From positions 866,159 to 930,158 of the forward strand of contig NMRA01000094.1 of NCBI GenBank assembly GCA_002633005.1: a DNA stretch of 64,000 nt, given 5' to 3'. The notes below the pieces were generated by a model. It was not told the DNA's origin, did no database searches, and worked only from the letters and a program-made list of their open reading frames with translations. Source of the DNA: Phoronis australis (Eukaryota; Animalia; Phoronida). Both the position numbers and the translations under genes were made by a program. Shown here piece after piece: positions 1-12,949 of this stretch. Position 1 is the stretch's first letter, and each line of letters begins with the position of its first letter.

Positions 1-146
1 TACCTTGTACAATGAGTGTCGAGCCATACCAGTATGACAGAGCATAGGAGCAATACATGATGAGAAATGTGAGAGCAAAACCAACAGCCGACACAAGGAC
101 TCGCTTTACTCCAAGCTTTTGACTGTCTTTTAAATTCCCTTCGTAC
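1..146 (-). CDS. ABCB1: ABCB1-A exon 8 (TM5, partial)
   Basis: YEGNLKDSQKLGVKRV...[15 protein letters not shown]; continues past the window edge. Confidence 0.92.
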
Positions 147-3100
147 CTGATCAAATTAAAAAATCAAGCAAAGTTATTAGAAGTTATTCGAATTTCAAAC
201 ATTTTCCTCACTCAAAAAAACAGATTAAAAAACTGTTGAAAATGTTGGAAAACAAGTAAAAACACCAAATGCAGTATTAGCTACAAAAAGACTGAAATGC
301 CCGAAATACGACACATTATGTAAAATTAAGATATAAGTTAAACACACAAGGTTTACTGTTTCTAAAGATGTACTGCAGTGAAAGTCAGCACCATTTGACA
401 TAATCAGCGCAGGTGACAAACCACCTGTCGATCTCTTTGTGATGCTCCCTGAAGGATACATTAATCACCACAGGTGAACACACACCTCTCAAGCTCTTTG
501 TGTTGTCGCCTGAAGGATACACTTATCACCGCACGTTAACACCCACCTGTCAATCTCTTTGAGCTACCCCCTGAAGGACATATTTTAAAATCACCACAGA
601 TGAACACACACCTGTCAATCCCTTTGTGCTAGGCCTTGAAAGAAATTATTGCAACAGGCGAACACCCATGAGTCAATTCCTTAGTGCTGACCCCTGAACG
701 TTACATTAATTACCGCAGGTTAACACCCACCTATCAATCTCTTTGTGCTGCCCCCTGAAGGACACCACCGTCTTGATACATGAGAACACTTCCGTAGCCA
801 CACTACCAGCTTTAGCGTACTTCTCAGCCTCCACTTTTGTATAGGACGACATAAACTGAAGGGTATCAAGAAATCACACAATATTGACAACACTGTATAA
901 CTTGGCCCCTCTAGAAAGACCAGCCTTCCTTTGACTTCATTCAATTACAAAACAATTCACATCTCAGGATGATTACTTTTCTCAAAATTAAAAGCACTTT
1001 ATTCACATTTCATTATTTTCAGGTGTGCATTCGAAAAGAAAAAAAAAACTTTCAAAAAACCTATCAAAGCATTAAATAAAATGTGATTAGTTGTTTTCAA
1101 AAATCGGTCAAGGCTGTTCCTTTGCAAAATTTTTGGCACTCTGGTTTTAATCTTAATTTCCATCCAATGTTGAATTTACAAACTATGAAGCCATGACTGA
1201 TAACTATGTGATTAATAAATGCCAGTCATGAAACTTGCACACAAGCTAACCATGACACACTTTTGAATATCAAAAAGAGGAAGCCTTGCAAGACACCTTT
1301 GTGGGGAACCTTTATAAGGTTTCAGCCTCCATCAATAGCAAAAGTACCGTATTGCTGAGCCATTAGGACATTGGCATCTGTGTAGAACAGCATTTACATG
1401 TGACACTTAGTTGCACGCGCTAATATGCAAACCACTTGGGTAAAAGGCATTATTTTGGCTATAGGCCCATGAGCTTAAAGGCACAGCAATAGGGTAAGTG
1501 ACCATCTTATACTATGGGGTACTACCAGTTTCTTGAAAACATGCCAATGAAGGAACTTCAAAGAAACAGAGGTGAATGGAAGAAATTGCCATCAGGAGGC
1601 ACAGCAGTAGCCAAAACGGGTGTGCTAATATGCAAATTACTGCATGGGCTTGTGCAGGGGACATTACCTGCGCTTACATGCGAAACTTATGTACATGTGC
1701 CAATAAACAAACTTGACTTAGGTAAAAAAGGCCTTGAAAAAGGCATTATTTCGGATATAGGTAAAAAGCCTCTAGGCGCGGTAATATGGTACAGCAGAAG
1801 AACAAAGCCACTAGATGGCATTCCCAAACTAACCTTAGCTACAAACGCTCCTGCTATCGCCAAAAGCGGTGTTAGGGACATCATTACCAAAGTCATCTGC
1901 CATGACTTCCAAAAGCCAATACCAAAGCCTGACAGAAATGTGGCCATACTCTGGACACAAAGACTTAATTTATCTCCAATCCCTTCCCGCACTCTCTCAA
2001 GGTCACTGGAAGCAAAATAATCAAGACAATGGCCCAATATTTACACTAAAAATTATAACACCATCGGCTTTATAGTTGTAACCGGTACAATGAAGATAAG
2101 CCAACATTTACACGGATTGCCGCCTTTCAAAGCCTGGGTCTTCCTATGTCTGCACATCACCAATCTAATGGAGGGGACGTGCACATACGGACAAATAAAA
2201 TAATTATACATTGAACTGGAGTACTTGTAAAATAAATGAACACGATCAATCACAAATAATGTGGTGTTAATTTCGTATTTAATTTGGTTACATATAGAAC
2301 AGAACACATCATGACTCCCTCATCTGTAGAACAACACCAAACCATGATTAACTTACTTGAATGGAAGCCATGTCATGCTTCTCACTAAAAAATACTAAGA
2401 ATGGATTTTCATTTAAAGACCATTCTTTACGTTTGTAGCAAATCGGGTAATACCTTCCAAAACTAACAAGTGGTTGTGTTGTTTACTAGAAATGCTCTCA
2501 GATAAGCTACAACTTTTCAATATTTCAAGTCATGGTACATTTGGCAGGATTGTCTATGAAAGTCAAGCACCAACAGTCCTGCATAGACCCCTAAACCACC
2601 TGACTATTTACACCGATTCTGTGTTAGGTCGTTGGCAATGGCTAATTCTGATAAATTTTCACCATTTAGGATGAAAATATTAATGCATTCATCTTTTTCA
2701 AAGGCTTCTAACATCATAATTTCTCAAAACAAAGTTGGCAGCTATGGTGATAAAGCATTTTCAAGTACTACTTGTATTTTATGATAAAAAAAATTAGAAA
2801 ATATAATTTCACTTTTGAGCCATATTGCATCCTAAACTGGTGAGACTTTACGTTCCAATGTGGAGGCGCCAACAGAATAAGTTACTAAAGATTCCATCTG
2901 GAGTACAGCTTACTATGTGTTAGAAACACTATTCAACTGCTGGAAAATTGAAGCTTCCACACGCAATAGTTTGGCAACTACTCAACATCTACTTTAATGT
3001 TTCACCCAAAATATTAATTTAAATACTAGTAAATGATTATGAACAAACATGACTCTGACATCAGTAAAAATGTCAAATTAACGCAACATGTAGTTTTGAC

Positions 3101-6100
3101 ATTACCTTGCCAAACGAGTGGTCAATTCCCCACTAGAGTTTTCGTCAAACCACGCGATGTCTTGTCTTAGAATACTTTCAAAGAACTTCTTTCTAAGTTT
3201 GTGTGTCTGCCGCTCACAAGCTGTTGTCATACACATGATCTGTAACACATTATCTGGAGTATATCGTCATCTTTACGTTTCCAAGACTACCCAGCAGTTT
3301 TCACCTACCCTTAAAGCTCATTTACCCCTTATGAGTTTGTTAAAGCCTGAAAGTTGAATTTGTGAGCAATGAGTCTTAAAAGCAAATGTTCTAGCACAGT
3401 TTGCTAACTTGGTTTATTTGAGGTCATTAAATTTTTTCAGATATTCCCTGAGGCCAATTAGAGTTAAACGATTATTTCTGCTAATTGGATACTCCATCGC
3501 ACTATCCTTTTTTACTTTGAATTTGACATTAAAAATTATGAACCATGAGGCTTTAGTTAATAAGAAGGAGAAAAAAACTGTCAAGTCAAATTCAAATACC
3601 ACTCAAATGAACAGGTGCCATATGCCACTTGTTTTACACCCCAAAAATCAGTAAAGATGAGAGTTATGAATTCCAACATTGTTGTCAGCAAAGAGCTTAC
3701 TAGGCATGTTAAGTAGTTAATTTTCCAAGAATGACCTTTGCCAAGAATGACCTTTTCACCGTAAGTTGGCAGGGTGCTATCACAAGCTATTGGTAAGTTT
3801 GACAACTTTCTTCGTTGCATTTTTTTTTCAAGAAATCCACAATATGAGAAATCATCATCAAATGTGAACTTGCATTTCCCAGAAAATCTCAAAGGCATCC
3901 ACTGAACCAGTGAATGAAGACATACAGTATGAATTCCTTTCTGGTGACATCACTGACACTGTTTATGGTAACAGAATGCACTAAGAGGCTGAAGTGACAG
4001 AAACAGCTCACACACTCATGGATACACACATGAACACAGATTACAGATCTGTAAACTCAGTTCACTGGTTCACAAACACAACTCGTACTTACAAATAAAT
4101 GGCACAAAATCAATGGCGTGTTAAAAAATTAGCAGTCCATACATAGCACAAGTCGAGAGATGAATCCTTGAGCCATGTTTACAGCTGCACGTACCAAAAG
4201 TCAATTTTCAATTCATGAGCCATGCTTGTGGTTCAATAGCCGTGCTTTTAAGGACTGTAAGCAGTGTTTTGTGGGAGCAAAGATACGTCTATGAGTGCTA
4301 AGCAATGCTCATAACTGCGTGAGCCATGTTGCTCCAATAGCCTGTGTATTCAACTATGTCGCATATTACAGGCAGTGTTTTCTTCATTAAAAATAGTATA
4401 AAATGGCTAAGAAAAACTTGCCAGCTTCAGTGTTCCAACTAACTGAAAAAGGTGCCTTAAGAAAAGGTGCCTAGAGGAGGTGCCTACAGGAGGTGCCTAG
4501 AGATGGTGCCTAGAGGAGGTGCCTAGAGTAGGTGCCTAGAGGAGGTGCCTAGAGGAGATGCCTAGAGGAGGTGCCTAGAAGGGGAGCCTAGAGGAGCCTA
4601 GAGGTGGTGCCTAGAGGATGTGCCTAGCGGAGGTGCCTAGAGGGGCTGCCTAGAGGAGGTGCCTAGAGGAGGTGCCTAGAGGAGNNNNNNNNNNNNNNNN
4701 NNNNNNNNNNNNNNNNNNNNNNNNNNNNNNNNNNNNNNNNNNNNNNNNNNNNNNNNNNNNNNNNNNNNNNNNNNNNNNNNNNNNNNNNNNNNNNNNNNNN
4801 NNNNNNNNNNNNNNNNNNNNNNNNNNNNNNNNNNNNNNNNNNNNNNNNNNNNNNNNNNNNNNNNNNNNNNNNNNNNNNNNNNNNNNNNNNNNNNNNNNNN
4901 NNNNNNNNNNNNNNNNNNNNNNNNNNNNNNNNNNNNNNNNNNNNNNNNNNNNNNNNNNNNNNNNNNNNNNNNNNNNNNNNNNNNNNNNNNNNNNNNNNNN
5001 NNNNNNNNNNNNNNNNNNNNNNNNNNNNNNNNNNNNNNNNNNNNNNNNNNNNNNNNNNNNNNNNNNNNNNNNNNNNNNNNNNNNNNNNNNNNNNNNNNNN
5101 NNNNNNNNNNNNNNNNNNNNNNNNNNNNNNNNNNNNNNNNNNNNNNNNNNNNNNNNNNNNNNNNNNNNNNNNNNNNNNNNNNNNNNNNNNNNNNNNNNNN
5201 NNNNNNNNNNNNNNNNNNNNNNNNNNNNNNNNNNNNNNNNNNNNNNNNNNNNNNNNNNNNNNNNNNNNNNNNNNNNNNNNNNNNNNNNNNNNNNNNNNNN
5301 NNNNNNNNNNNNNNNNNNNNNNNNNNNNNNNNNNNNNNNNNNNNNNNNNNNNNNNNNNNNNNNNNNNNNNNNNNNNNNNNNNNNNNNNNNNNNNNNNNNN
5401 NNNNNNNNNNNNNNNNNNNNNNNNNNNNNNNNNNNNNNNNNNNNNNNNNNNNNNNNNNNNNNNNNNNNNNNNNNNNNNNNNNNNNNNNNNNNNNNNNNNN
5501 NNNNNNNNNNNNNNNNNNNNNNNNNNNNNNNNNNNNNNNNNNGGTGCCTAGAGAAGGAGCCTACAGGAGGTGCCTAGAGGTGCCTAGAGGAGGTGCCTAG
5601 AGAGGGTGCCTAGAGAGGGTGCCTAGAGAGGGTGCCTAGAGCGGGAGCTTAGAGAGAAGGCCTAGAGGAGCCTAGAGGAGGTGCCTAGAGATGTCTAGAG
5701 GGGGTGCCTTGAAAGGGTGCTTAGAGAGGGTGCCTAGAGAGGGTGCCTAGAGAGGGAGCCTAGAGAAGGAGCCTAGAGAAGGAGCCTAGAGGTGCCTAGA
5801 TGAGGTGCATAGAGAAGGAGCCTAGAGAAGGTGCCTAGAGAAGGTGTCTAAAAAAGGTGCCTAAATCCAAAAAGGAATGTTTTACCGGTTAACTCATTGA
5901 ACTGAAAATGTTTGCGTACAAACCAATGGCAGCAATTTGGAATGACAATGGCATTGATTCATGATTTCAGAAGTGTATTTTACACAGATACTAACAAACA
6001 TATGAAAGATGTTCATTGACAGATCTTACCTGTAAATAGCATGCCACAAAGACAGCTCCAGCAATGTAAAGGTAATAAATCGTAAACTTGTTCATGTCAT

Positions 6101-9100
6101 CAGTGAAAATCTTCTCCACCTCAGTAATATTTGTGACGTTTGCCAAACCAGCTGCAGCATAAAAAAATTGTGGAAAAAGTGATTAAGGAATTCGGCTATT
6201 TTCAGGAAAACATGATTTTGGAATGTTTCTTCACATTGTTTAAACAGATGTCATTTTTCAACAAGAGCAATGCACAGCGTTGAAATGCACCCACACTGCA
6301 CCACAAATGGAGTTCTTCTAGAGTTGTTTATTAAAATCATAAAAATGGCCACTAGGGGGCACAGTGGTATTTGGATCAATTCGTCATTTGTAACCGTTTG
6401 TTGTCAGCTCCATATAAATACATCTTTCAAATTTCACAAAACTCCTTCAAATTGTTAAGGAGATTTAGCTGCAGACGCAAAAAAATAAAATCACCACAAG
6501 GCGACAACACAGTAATTGGACCTGTTTCAAAGATGTCAGTCATGGCCTTCTCATCAGAAACACATCTGTGAATTTTCATGCTGATCCTTTAAGCAGTATG
6601 GCAGATAGGGAGGTGGACACCAGAAAACCAACGCAAAAATAACAAAAATGGCCACCAGGTAGTGCAGAAAACATCAAATCTGTCCAAAAATGAGGTGTTT
6701 TTGTCAAATTTCATGAAAATACATCAATGAACTCCGACGATAGAGAGGCAAACATAAAAAAATTTTGCCACTGGGGGCACAGAAGTATTTGGATTAGTTC
6801 AACACTCAAAACCGTTTGTCATCGGCTACATGCGAATGCATATTTCAAATTTCACAAAGCTCCTTCAAGGGTTAACAAAATTCAGGCGCAGACACAAAAA
6901 AAAACGAAATCGTCACTGGGGGGGACACAGTAGTCCGACTTGTACGAAAGTCAACGTCAGTCGTGGCCTTTTCATTTTCATAATAATCCTTTGAGCAGTA
7001 TGGCAGATACAGAGACGAATGCCAAAAAACGCCGGATGCAAATATACCAAAAACTGCCTCAAGGTGATGTAAAATTCATTGAAACCGTCCGAAAATGGAA
7101 TGGCATCATCACATTTTTATTAAAAACCTATTTGCTGAATTTCACAAAAATCCATCAACGAAGTCCGAAGATAAAAGACAAATGGCACTAAGGAGCACAG
7201 CGGTACTCGGATCGTTCTGCAACTTGTCATCATCTGTCATCAGCTGCATAGGAATTAAGAGATAAAGCTGCGGACAACAATAGTATGCACCCACATATAA
7301 ACCGTAGGCACATAAACACTAACATAGCCACTAAGGGGCACACCAATAAACCGATCCATCTGAAATCTCACTCATGTCGTGCCATCCATGAAAGGAACAT
7401 ATCTGCAAAATTTCGTTAACATACATAAAAGGATTTGGTGATAGAGCAGCGAATTTCTTGAAACTTAGTAGCAGTGGACAGTAAGTACACTAACTTTTTT
7501 GAGTTCCTTAGTTCCATTATAATTTACAATAACATTTTAAAGCTGCATTTCACCCAGTTTAACTGGCTAAAAAGGAAAATCTCTCTGCTAGAGATGCAAA
7601 AGTTCACTTTTAGCCTCGATACTCAGTTGTCATGGTTCACTTTCAGAAATTACTAAATGTGATTATTTATCCAAATATTAAATATGAATATTGTATGTGT
7701 TCCTGTTGATGTATCTTTTCTTAGAATGTAAGAAAAACACAGCGCTTAGAATAACTATGTACAAAACTATCAAATTTTAAATTAAAAATAAAAATTTCTA
7801 AACTTAATTGATCAAAAATAAAAACACACAAAATAAACAATACAATCTTTCTCACTTGATGTTGAACCCTGTAGCCAGTAAAACAATTAAATAGTATTTG
7901 AAAGTGATGTGTGAAACTAAGACTTTAAGAACTTCATCTGGCGCTCCCACTTTACAATTATCAAATAAAGGCTTAGACATACAATTAGACATACAATTAG
8001 ACATACAATTAGACATACAATTAGACATACATTTAGACATACAATTAGACATACAATTAGACATACAATTAGACATACAATTAGACATACAATTAGACAT
8101 ACAATTAGACATACAATTAGACATACAATTAGACATACAATTAGACATACAATTAGACATACAATTAGACATACAATTAGACATACAATTACAAGCACAT
8201 CACAGCCTGCACATGATTTGTACACATTTTCAGAGTAAGTACCAGTATTGGGTATAGTCTTTTGCTGAAGAGAGTTTTAATTAATTTTCAGTAATAGTTA
8301 TGTGGAATGTAAGTTCAAATTTCAGTCTGGTGTAAATCAAGTCAGTTCATTTGACGAAACACGTAGCATCATTGTCAGAATAAATATTGATTAAGTAATT
8401 AGTAAGAATAGATCCATTTTAAGTTGCCTAAAATTTGTGCATATGTACTTTTAAATCATGGGGTCAGACTTGTTGACATGTATTTTAATGTCAAAATCTA
8501 TTTTTAGATGGTGTTTACAACTTTGGGTTCTGGGGTCAAAGTACTCTAGAGACTCTAGAAAATTCTGAGAACAAATTGTAACAGCCAATAATATGAGTGG
8601 ATATGATCATGTGATTTTTATTAGCCAATTACTAAATAAGTAGAATGTTATATTATGGGCTGAAATCAACAAGATAATTAGATGCGCTATAGTAGTTGAA
8701 GCACAAGGACTTGCTACAGTGTACAGAAGCAATTGTACGACAGAGCCATCTCGTGGAAGATTCTAGAAAGGATCTTGGCAAGGGCAAGGGTTAACGAACA
8801 GGAAGTTAACTAAGAGCTTGTCACTTGCATCGTGGGTAGTAAGATACTACCTGAAGTGTTGCATCATCAGCCAGAGACTGTGACCAGCAAGAAGAATCGC
8901 GGGTAGAAGAAATTGCCTGCAAGTGTTGCATCACCAAAGACGGTGACCAGCAAGTACAGTCGCTATACAGTGTGTGTAGTTCGAAGATTCACCAACAGGA
9001 CAGACATCCAACAAGTGGAGAGTCCTAGCTTGGATAGCAGATAAGACATTTGATTGTTTTGGTTGTTTGATTAAAGTAATCTTTAAAGAGGGCGCTAGCG

Positions 9101-10511
9101 CAGTTACTCTTTGAAGTTGATTACTTAATTAACAATAGGTTTCATTTGTCTAATTAGGGGTTATCATATAATAAATTAATTACTGGATTTGATTATTCAC
9201 TCTCCATCTACGCACAATCTCAAAGCATAGCTACCTTTTAAACAAACCCACAGTCAATCGTCTGACAATCATCTTTAATTATTGTATATACAGTACGTAT
9301 CATCTTTAATCATTGTATATATATGGTACATGTCATTTTTAATCATTGTATTTATGGTATATATATCACTTCTAATTATTGTATATACGGTATATATCAT
9401 ATTTAATTATTGTATATACGGTATATATCACATTTAATTATTGTACATATGTACACCAATGAGCATCTCCATGTAAAAAACTGACTGACGAGTACACAAG
9501 CACTTACTGAATGAGTTTGTCATACTGCCAAACACAATACTGATGACAGGCCATCCAGCCCCTTGTACGCAGGCAAACAATGCTCCCACCACATAGAGCA
9601 AGTTATCAAAACATGATGCATAACGGAACTGTCAAGATAAAATAATGAAAATCTCATTATTTCACACCATCTAGCATATATTATACATCACATATTTAAA
9701 GCAGTGAAAATTAGATAAAATTTGAAATATTCAACAGCTGGTAATTTCATTATTTTAAGTACTACAATGAAACCCCACATGCAAAATACAATTAAGCAAT
9801 TCCTTAGATTTCAATAATGTGTACTAGACTTTGGAAATTGCTGCATTTTCATGAATAGACTGAACACCTATTCACTCAGAAAGTCATCAAAGATAAGAAA
9901 TGTGGTTTTACCAAATCAGCAAATGTCCCTTCTTTTTCCTTCTTCTCTTCTTTTTTTCTGAAACAGAACAGGCAAGGTCAGGCAAGGTCAGGCAAGATCA
10001 ATCAAGTGAAACCAGTGTCACACTGAGAAGGGTGAGAAAATGCCAGATATTCAAAAACACTTGTCCATGTTGTCATGGTGTAGGTACAAAAACACTTGTC
10101 CACGTTGTCATGATTTAGGTACAAAAACACTTGCCTATGCTGTCATGGTTTAGGTACAAAAACACTTGTCTATGCTGTCATGGTTTAGGTACAAAAACAC
10201 TTGTCTGTGCTGTCATGGTGTAGGTGCAAAAACACTTGCCCGTGATGTCATAGTTTAGGTACAAAAACACTTGTCCATGTTGTCACGGTTCAGGTACAAA
10301 AGTCCAACATAACGACCAAATACATGACACAAAGCCAGAAAAAAAACATCAGCAAAACTGTAATCCCCAAAAAACAACAGGCTGGAAAAGTAAAAGACCA
10401 TTCACTTGCAAACACTTACATATCATCTTGGCTAGACCTGCTACTTCCTGCTGCCCCATAACCTTCTTCCTCCTTGTTCACCAACAGTGCCTTCTTTTCT
10501 TCGTTGCTCAT
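1..10511 (-). CDS. ABCB1: ABCB1/P-glycoprotein-like transporter, paralog A (N-terminal part, runs off window); complement(join(1..146,731..855,1834..2005,3106..3239,6030..6151,9508..9628,9912..9957,10420..10511))
   Basis: Eight GT-AG exons splice in frame: MSNEEKKALL...[14 protein letters not shown]...[12 protein letters not shown]...[24 protein letters not shown]...[21 protein letters not shown]...[15 protein letters not shown]...[21 protein letters not shown]...YALSYWYG. This is classic ABCB1 TMD1. Confidence 0.95.
395..765 (-). repeat. ~60-bp tandem repeat (about 6 units) copying the exon 7 3' end and donor of ABCB1-A
   Basis: Recurring ...tcagggggcagcacaaagagattgacag|gtgggtgttaac-like units on the - strand. 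Confidence 0.85.
731..855 (-). CDS. ABCB1: ABCB1-A exon 7 (ICL2)
   Basis: 125 nt, [35 protein letters not shown] donor. Confidence 0.93.
1834..2005 (-). CDS. ABCB1: ABCB1-A exon 6 (TM3/TM4)
   Basis: 172 nt, [18 protein letters not shown]...[20 protein letters not shown] donor. Confidence 0.95.
3106..3239 (-). CDS. ABCB1: ABCB1-A exon 5 (ICL1)
   Basis: 134 nt, [36 protein letters not shown]. Confidence 0.95.
4450..5862. repeat. 12-bp minisatellite (AGGTGCCTAGAG)n spanning an assembly gap
   Basis: Visible on both sides of the N run 4685-5542. Confidence 0.95.
6030..6151 (-). CDS. ABCB1: ABCB1-A exon 4 (ECL1/TM2)
   Basis: 122 nt, [46 protein letters not shown] donor. Confidence 0.93.
6260..7450 (-). 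mobile_element. Diverged Helentron/HINE-like element(s), same family as 54108-55708
   Basis: 3' end revcomp gtgggtgcatttcaacgctgtgcattgctcttgtt, 5' hairpin near 7285-7317, internal ~150-bp units with CCACTAGGGGGCAC. Confidence 0.7.
7973..8190. repeat. Near-perfect 12-bp minisatellite (TTAGACATACAA) x~18
   Basis: Directly visible. Confidence 0.97.
8301..9252 (+). mobile_element. Solo LTR (Gypsy-like)
   Basis: TGTGG...CCACA termini, near-matching 4-bp flanks GTTA/GTCA, AATAAA ~80 nt from the 3' end, no ORF. Confidence 0.65.
9268..9450. repeat. ~31-bp AT-rich tandem repeat x~6
   Basis: atcatctttaattattgtatatacggtatat units. Confidence 0.85.
9508..9628 (-). CDS. ABCB1: ABCB1-A exon 3 (FRYASCFD...TM1)
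   Basis: 121 nt, AG/GTAAGT, FRYA motif. Confidence 0.95.
9912..9957 (-). CDS. ABCB1: ABCB1-A exon 2 (KKEEKKEKEGTFADL)
   Basis: tttcag acceptor, GTAAAA donor, 46 nt like gene B exon 2. Confidence 0.85.
10053..10300. repeat. 35-bp minisatellite x~7
   Basis: aaaaacacttgtccatgttgtcatggtttaggtac units. Confidence 0.92.
10420..10511 (-). CDS. ABCB1: ABCB1-A coding exon 1 (MSNEEKKALLVNKEEEGYGAAGSSRSSQDD)
   Basis: ATG at 10511, donor GTAAGT at 10419, phase 2 matches next exon. Homologous to gene B exon 1. An upstream acceptor at ~10560 implies a 5'UTR exon. Confidence 0.8.
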
Positions 10512-10831
10512 GGTAACAACAGGATATCACAAACACTGTATTTCTTGATGGTAACACTGCTTGGAAACAAATACAACACAGATTAGCTTAACATTTTGGG
10601 TCAGATACATTCAGATATGTTACACCCCAAGTTTGATTGTTCAGTTCAGTATGTTTCATGCTAATTGAAGTGAATAAACCTTGACTGTGTGCAAATAATT
10701 CCTTAGGTGTACTGATGCTTTACATATTTTTTATAAGGCATTTTTATTTCTGGGCCCAGCGGCTAATATTTGTACTCAAAATCCAACTCAAAATTATTTT
10801 TTCTGATCTACTTTAGTACAAACTCAAGTTA

Positions 10832-11165
10832 AGTGTCTATTCTTGTGTGCTCGTGTCTACTATAGATTACATGAATGAGTGTATACTCTTGTGTGCTCGA
10901 GTCTACTATAGATTACATGAATGAGTATCTACTCTTGTGTGCTCGAGTCTACTATAGATTACATGAATGAGTGTATACTCTTGTGTGCTCGTGTCTACTA
11001 TAGATTACATGAATGAGTATCTATTCTTGTGTGCTCGAGTCTACTATAGATTACATGAATGAGTATCTACTCTTGTGTGCTCGAGTCTACTATAGATTAC
11101 ATGAATGAGTATCTACTCTTGTGTGCTCGTGTCTACTATAGATTACATGAATGAGTGTCTAATCT
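10832..11165. repeat. 46-bp minisatellite x~7
   Basis: actcttgtgtgctcgagtctactatagattacatgaatgagtatct units. Confidence 0.95.
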
Positions 11166-12397
11166 TAGTTTGCACTTGATGATGCCAACATTAAAGTCTA
11201 TAAGTCTGAACTCAATATCTTGAGGTGTTACTAGTCTGTCGCTCGAACTTAGGGTCATCAAGTGCAAACCTTTGACTAGACCTTCATTTGCGCAAAATAA
11301 AATATAATCAAGTGCACATGTATAGAAACAAGTATCACATTCGTTTTAAATAATGTCTCAATTTTGAGTATAAAGATTTGACACCGGACCATTTTGTTAT
11401 TCAAAAGTAACCATTTTGGACTGGGAGGGGATAAATAGCCAGTATGAGTGTGGTTCACACAAATAAGCCTTTTGAAATTTGTATGCAAAGATAGAGAAAA
11501 CAGTTCTTTGAGAAACCTGCTCTTAGTCATTCAACTGTCCTAGTTGGACTGTATAACTAAATACAGCTAAACAAATTAAGGATTTATGATCCTGGCTTAG
11601 AAAACAAATGTTTTATTACCCTGTAAGGATTATGAATAGCCAAGCCTGAATGCCAACATTGTCAGGATTGATAAGACTGTGAATACTATAGGACATCTAT
11701 TTCTGCTGATTTAAAAAGATAAAGCATGTTTTGTTGATTTCAAGCATCCCAGTTCTGCACATCTCTGCTAATGCCCCTCAGGCCTCTTAAGTAATTGACC
11801 AGGCATTTGAGTGACAACTTAAATGACCAATCAGAACGCAGCATTTTTGACACACCTTCGTTTCCAAGCTGTCATTTTACCTGACAAACAATACGTTATC
11901 GGGTAAAACTTATTGTTTGTTTGTCGGGTGTCACATGATTTTTTGTAACGGGGCAATAGGGAGCATGCAATAGGTCGATTAAATCAGGATTCAACTAAAA
12001 ACTCATTATTATTGACCATTCCAAATTCAAGACTTATGAGAAAGGCAATTTTTTCATTGACAGCTATTTTTGACGACTTTAGGCCAGACTTTGTTGACAG
12101 CAAATGTAGTGTCCAACATTTGACAAATAAGATGAATGCAAAAATTACCCCATATCCCAATCTTTAGAATCAAGAAAATTCAATTTCGGTTTTAATTCCA
12201 GTGTCCCAAATTTTAGAGACTGACCCAAAATGGTGAATTCTTACCACTCTCTCTGCAGTGAAAGAATGGATCTTGTGGTTCTCCAGTTTGACAGGCTTGC
12301 CCATCTAGACTTTGTAAGGAGTTTTCAAAAAATACTTAAAACTTGTGTATTGTTGTTATTTAGGACTTCATTCACAAGTATGTGTAGTTCGATGAAA

Positions 12398-12534
12398 ACA
12401 TACACTATAACTGGATAAAATCATACACTATAATTGGATAAAACCATACACTAGAACTGGATAAAACCATACACTATAACTGGATAAAACCATACACTAT
12501 AACTGGATACAAACATATACTATAACTGGATAAA
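12398..12534. repeat. ~23-bp tandem repeat x6
   Basis: catacactataactggataaaac units. Confidence 0.9.
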
Positions 12535-12949
12535 GGAAAATGGAAAAGCTTTATATGAATGTCGTTAATTGGTGTGACCATGCCTTTTCAAAAAATTAGC
12601 AAAAAGGAAGGCATTTTTACAGCAGAACAACAGTAAAAAAAACACAAAGTTCATCGGATATAAATATTCAAGATGAAATCGCAAAAAAGTTGAAGCAATT
12701 TTCTAAATTATGTCTCTTTCATTTTAAACAAATCTTTTATTTTTTTTCAAAAAAGAGTACTATTCTTGATAACCCTTATGCAAAAGTGCAACATTTTAAA
12801 AGCAATTCCCAACAGCATTGTGGAGAAGAGTTCATAAAGCTATCTGATAGTTGCATACCAATCCAATCAGTCATTACAGAGATAATGTTAAATCCGTGTA
12901 GTGCACTGATGGCTCTGGCATTGTTGAGGAAATTATTCCAATCCTTGGA

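Noticed and set aside
1514-2020. 168-aa plus-strand ORF
   Set aside because: Antisense shadow of ABCB1-A exon 6 plus degenerate intronic repeats.
4672-5577. 301-aa ORF
   Set aside because: Runs through an N gap inside a minisatellite.
7852-8257. Repetitive ORFs (MSNC)n, (DIQL)n, (IVCL)n
   Set aside because: Translations of a 12-bp intronic minisatellite.
10832-11165. CRISPR-like look of regular repeats (also 10053-10300, 44283-44441)
   Set aside because: No unique spacers, no cas genes, eukaryotic context; these are plain minisatellites.
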